Shown piece after piece: positions 63,800-64,000 of a DNA stretch of 64,000 nucleotides. The DNA comes from Ylistrum balloti (Eukaryota). Both the position numbers and the translations under genes were made by a program. The stretch lies in contig NW_026782147.1 of assembly GCF_031769215.1 (NCBI RefSeq), forward strand, positions 124,001 through 188,000, given 5' to 3'. The notes beneath the pieces are model-generated. The model worked only from the letters and a program-made list of their open reading frames with translations, searched no databases and was not told the origin of the DNA. The stretch's first letter is position 1. Every line of letters starts with the position of its first letter.

Positions 63800-64000
63800 T
63801 TAAGGACACTTAGGAACGTTCTGTCGCACATATTGCCAGACCTCCATGTTTCCTAGGTTGTTACAATGGCCGTTGATGCCGATTCTGCTAGCACCGGACC
63901 AGTTCTTCATCCAGCCCATCGACTGGCACGTACAGATTAATTTGTTTCCGAACAAACTCAAGATGTCAAATGTTACTTCCTCTACAGCACGTGGGATACT
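63800..64000 (-). CDS. 3' end of a further LRR-only gene (LRR9), running off the window
   Basis: Own translation: SIPRAVEEVTFDILSLFGNKLICTCQSMGWMKNWSGASRIGINGHCNNLGNMEVWQYVRQNVPKCP*. Same C-terminal cap as the other genes; absent from the ORF track. Confidence 0.88.
   Translation of the reverse strand, partial: SIPRAVEEVTFDILSLFGNKLICTCQSMGWMKNWSGASRIGINGHCNNLGNMEVWQYVRQNVPKCP

Noticed and set aside
31551-64000. VLR-like somatic assembly from LRR cassettes
   Set aside because: The genes are complete germline ORFs; no incomplete germline gene or flanking single-LRR cassettes were seen.

Overview
AT-rich (intron-containing) animal genomic DNA, probably a bivalve mollusc; the taxon is inferred from the repeat and gene types, not shown directly. 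Left end: last coding exon of an Alx-type paired-class homeobox gene (OAR motif). About 1-31 kb: repeat-rich intergenic DNA with Penelope-like (PLE) retroelement remnants, MITEs and minisatellites. About 31.5-64 kb: a tandem cluster of secreted LRR-only genes. It has 7 intact genes, 1 gene with a single nonsense codon, 1 decayed pseudogene and 1 gene cut by the window edge. In 7 of these genes I located a 33-36 nt signal-peptide first exon, joined by a phase-0 intron to one large exon; the ORF track does not call these exons. A GATA site sits just upstream of those 7 ATGs, with an added Forkhead site in 4 of the 5 type A genes. At least 9 copies of a short repeat carrying a minimal type I hammerhead ribozyme motif are dispersed across the window, most of them degenerate. 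Alignments were done by eye; no database search was run.
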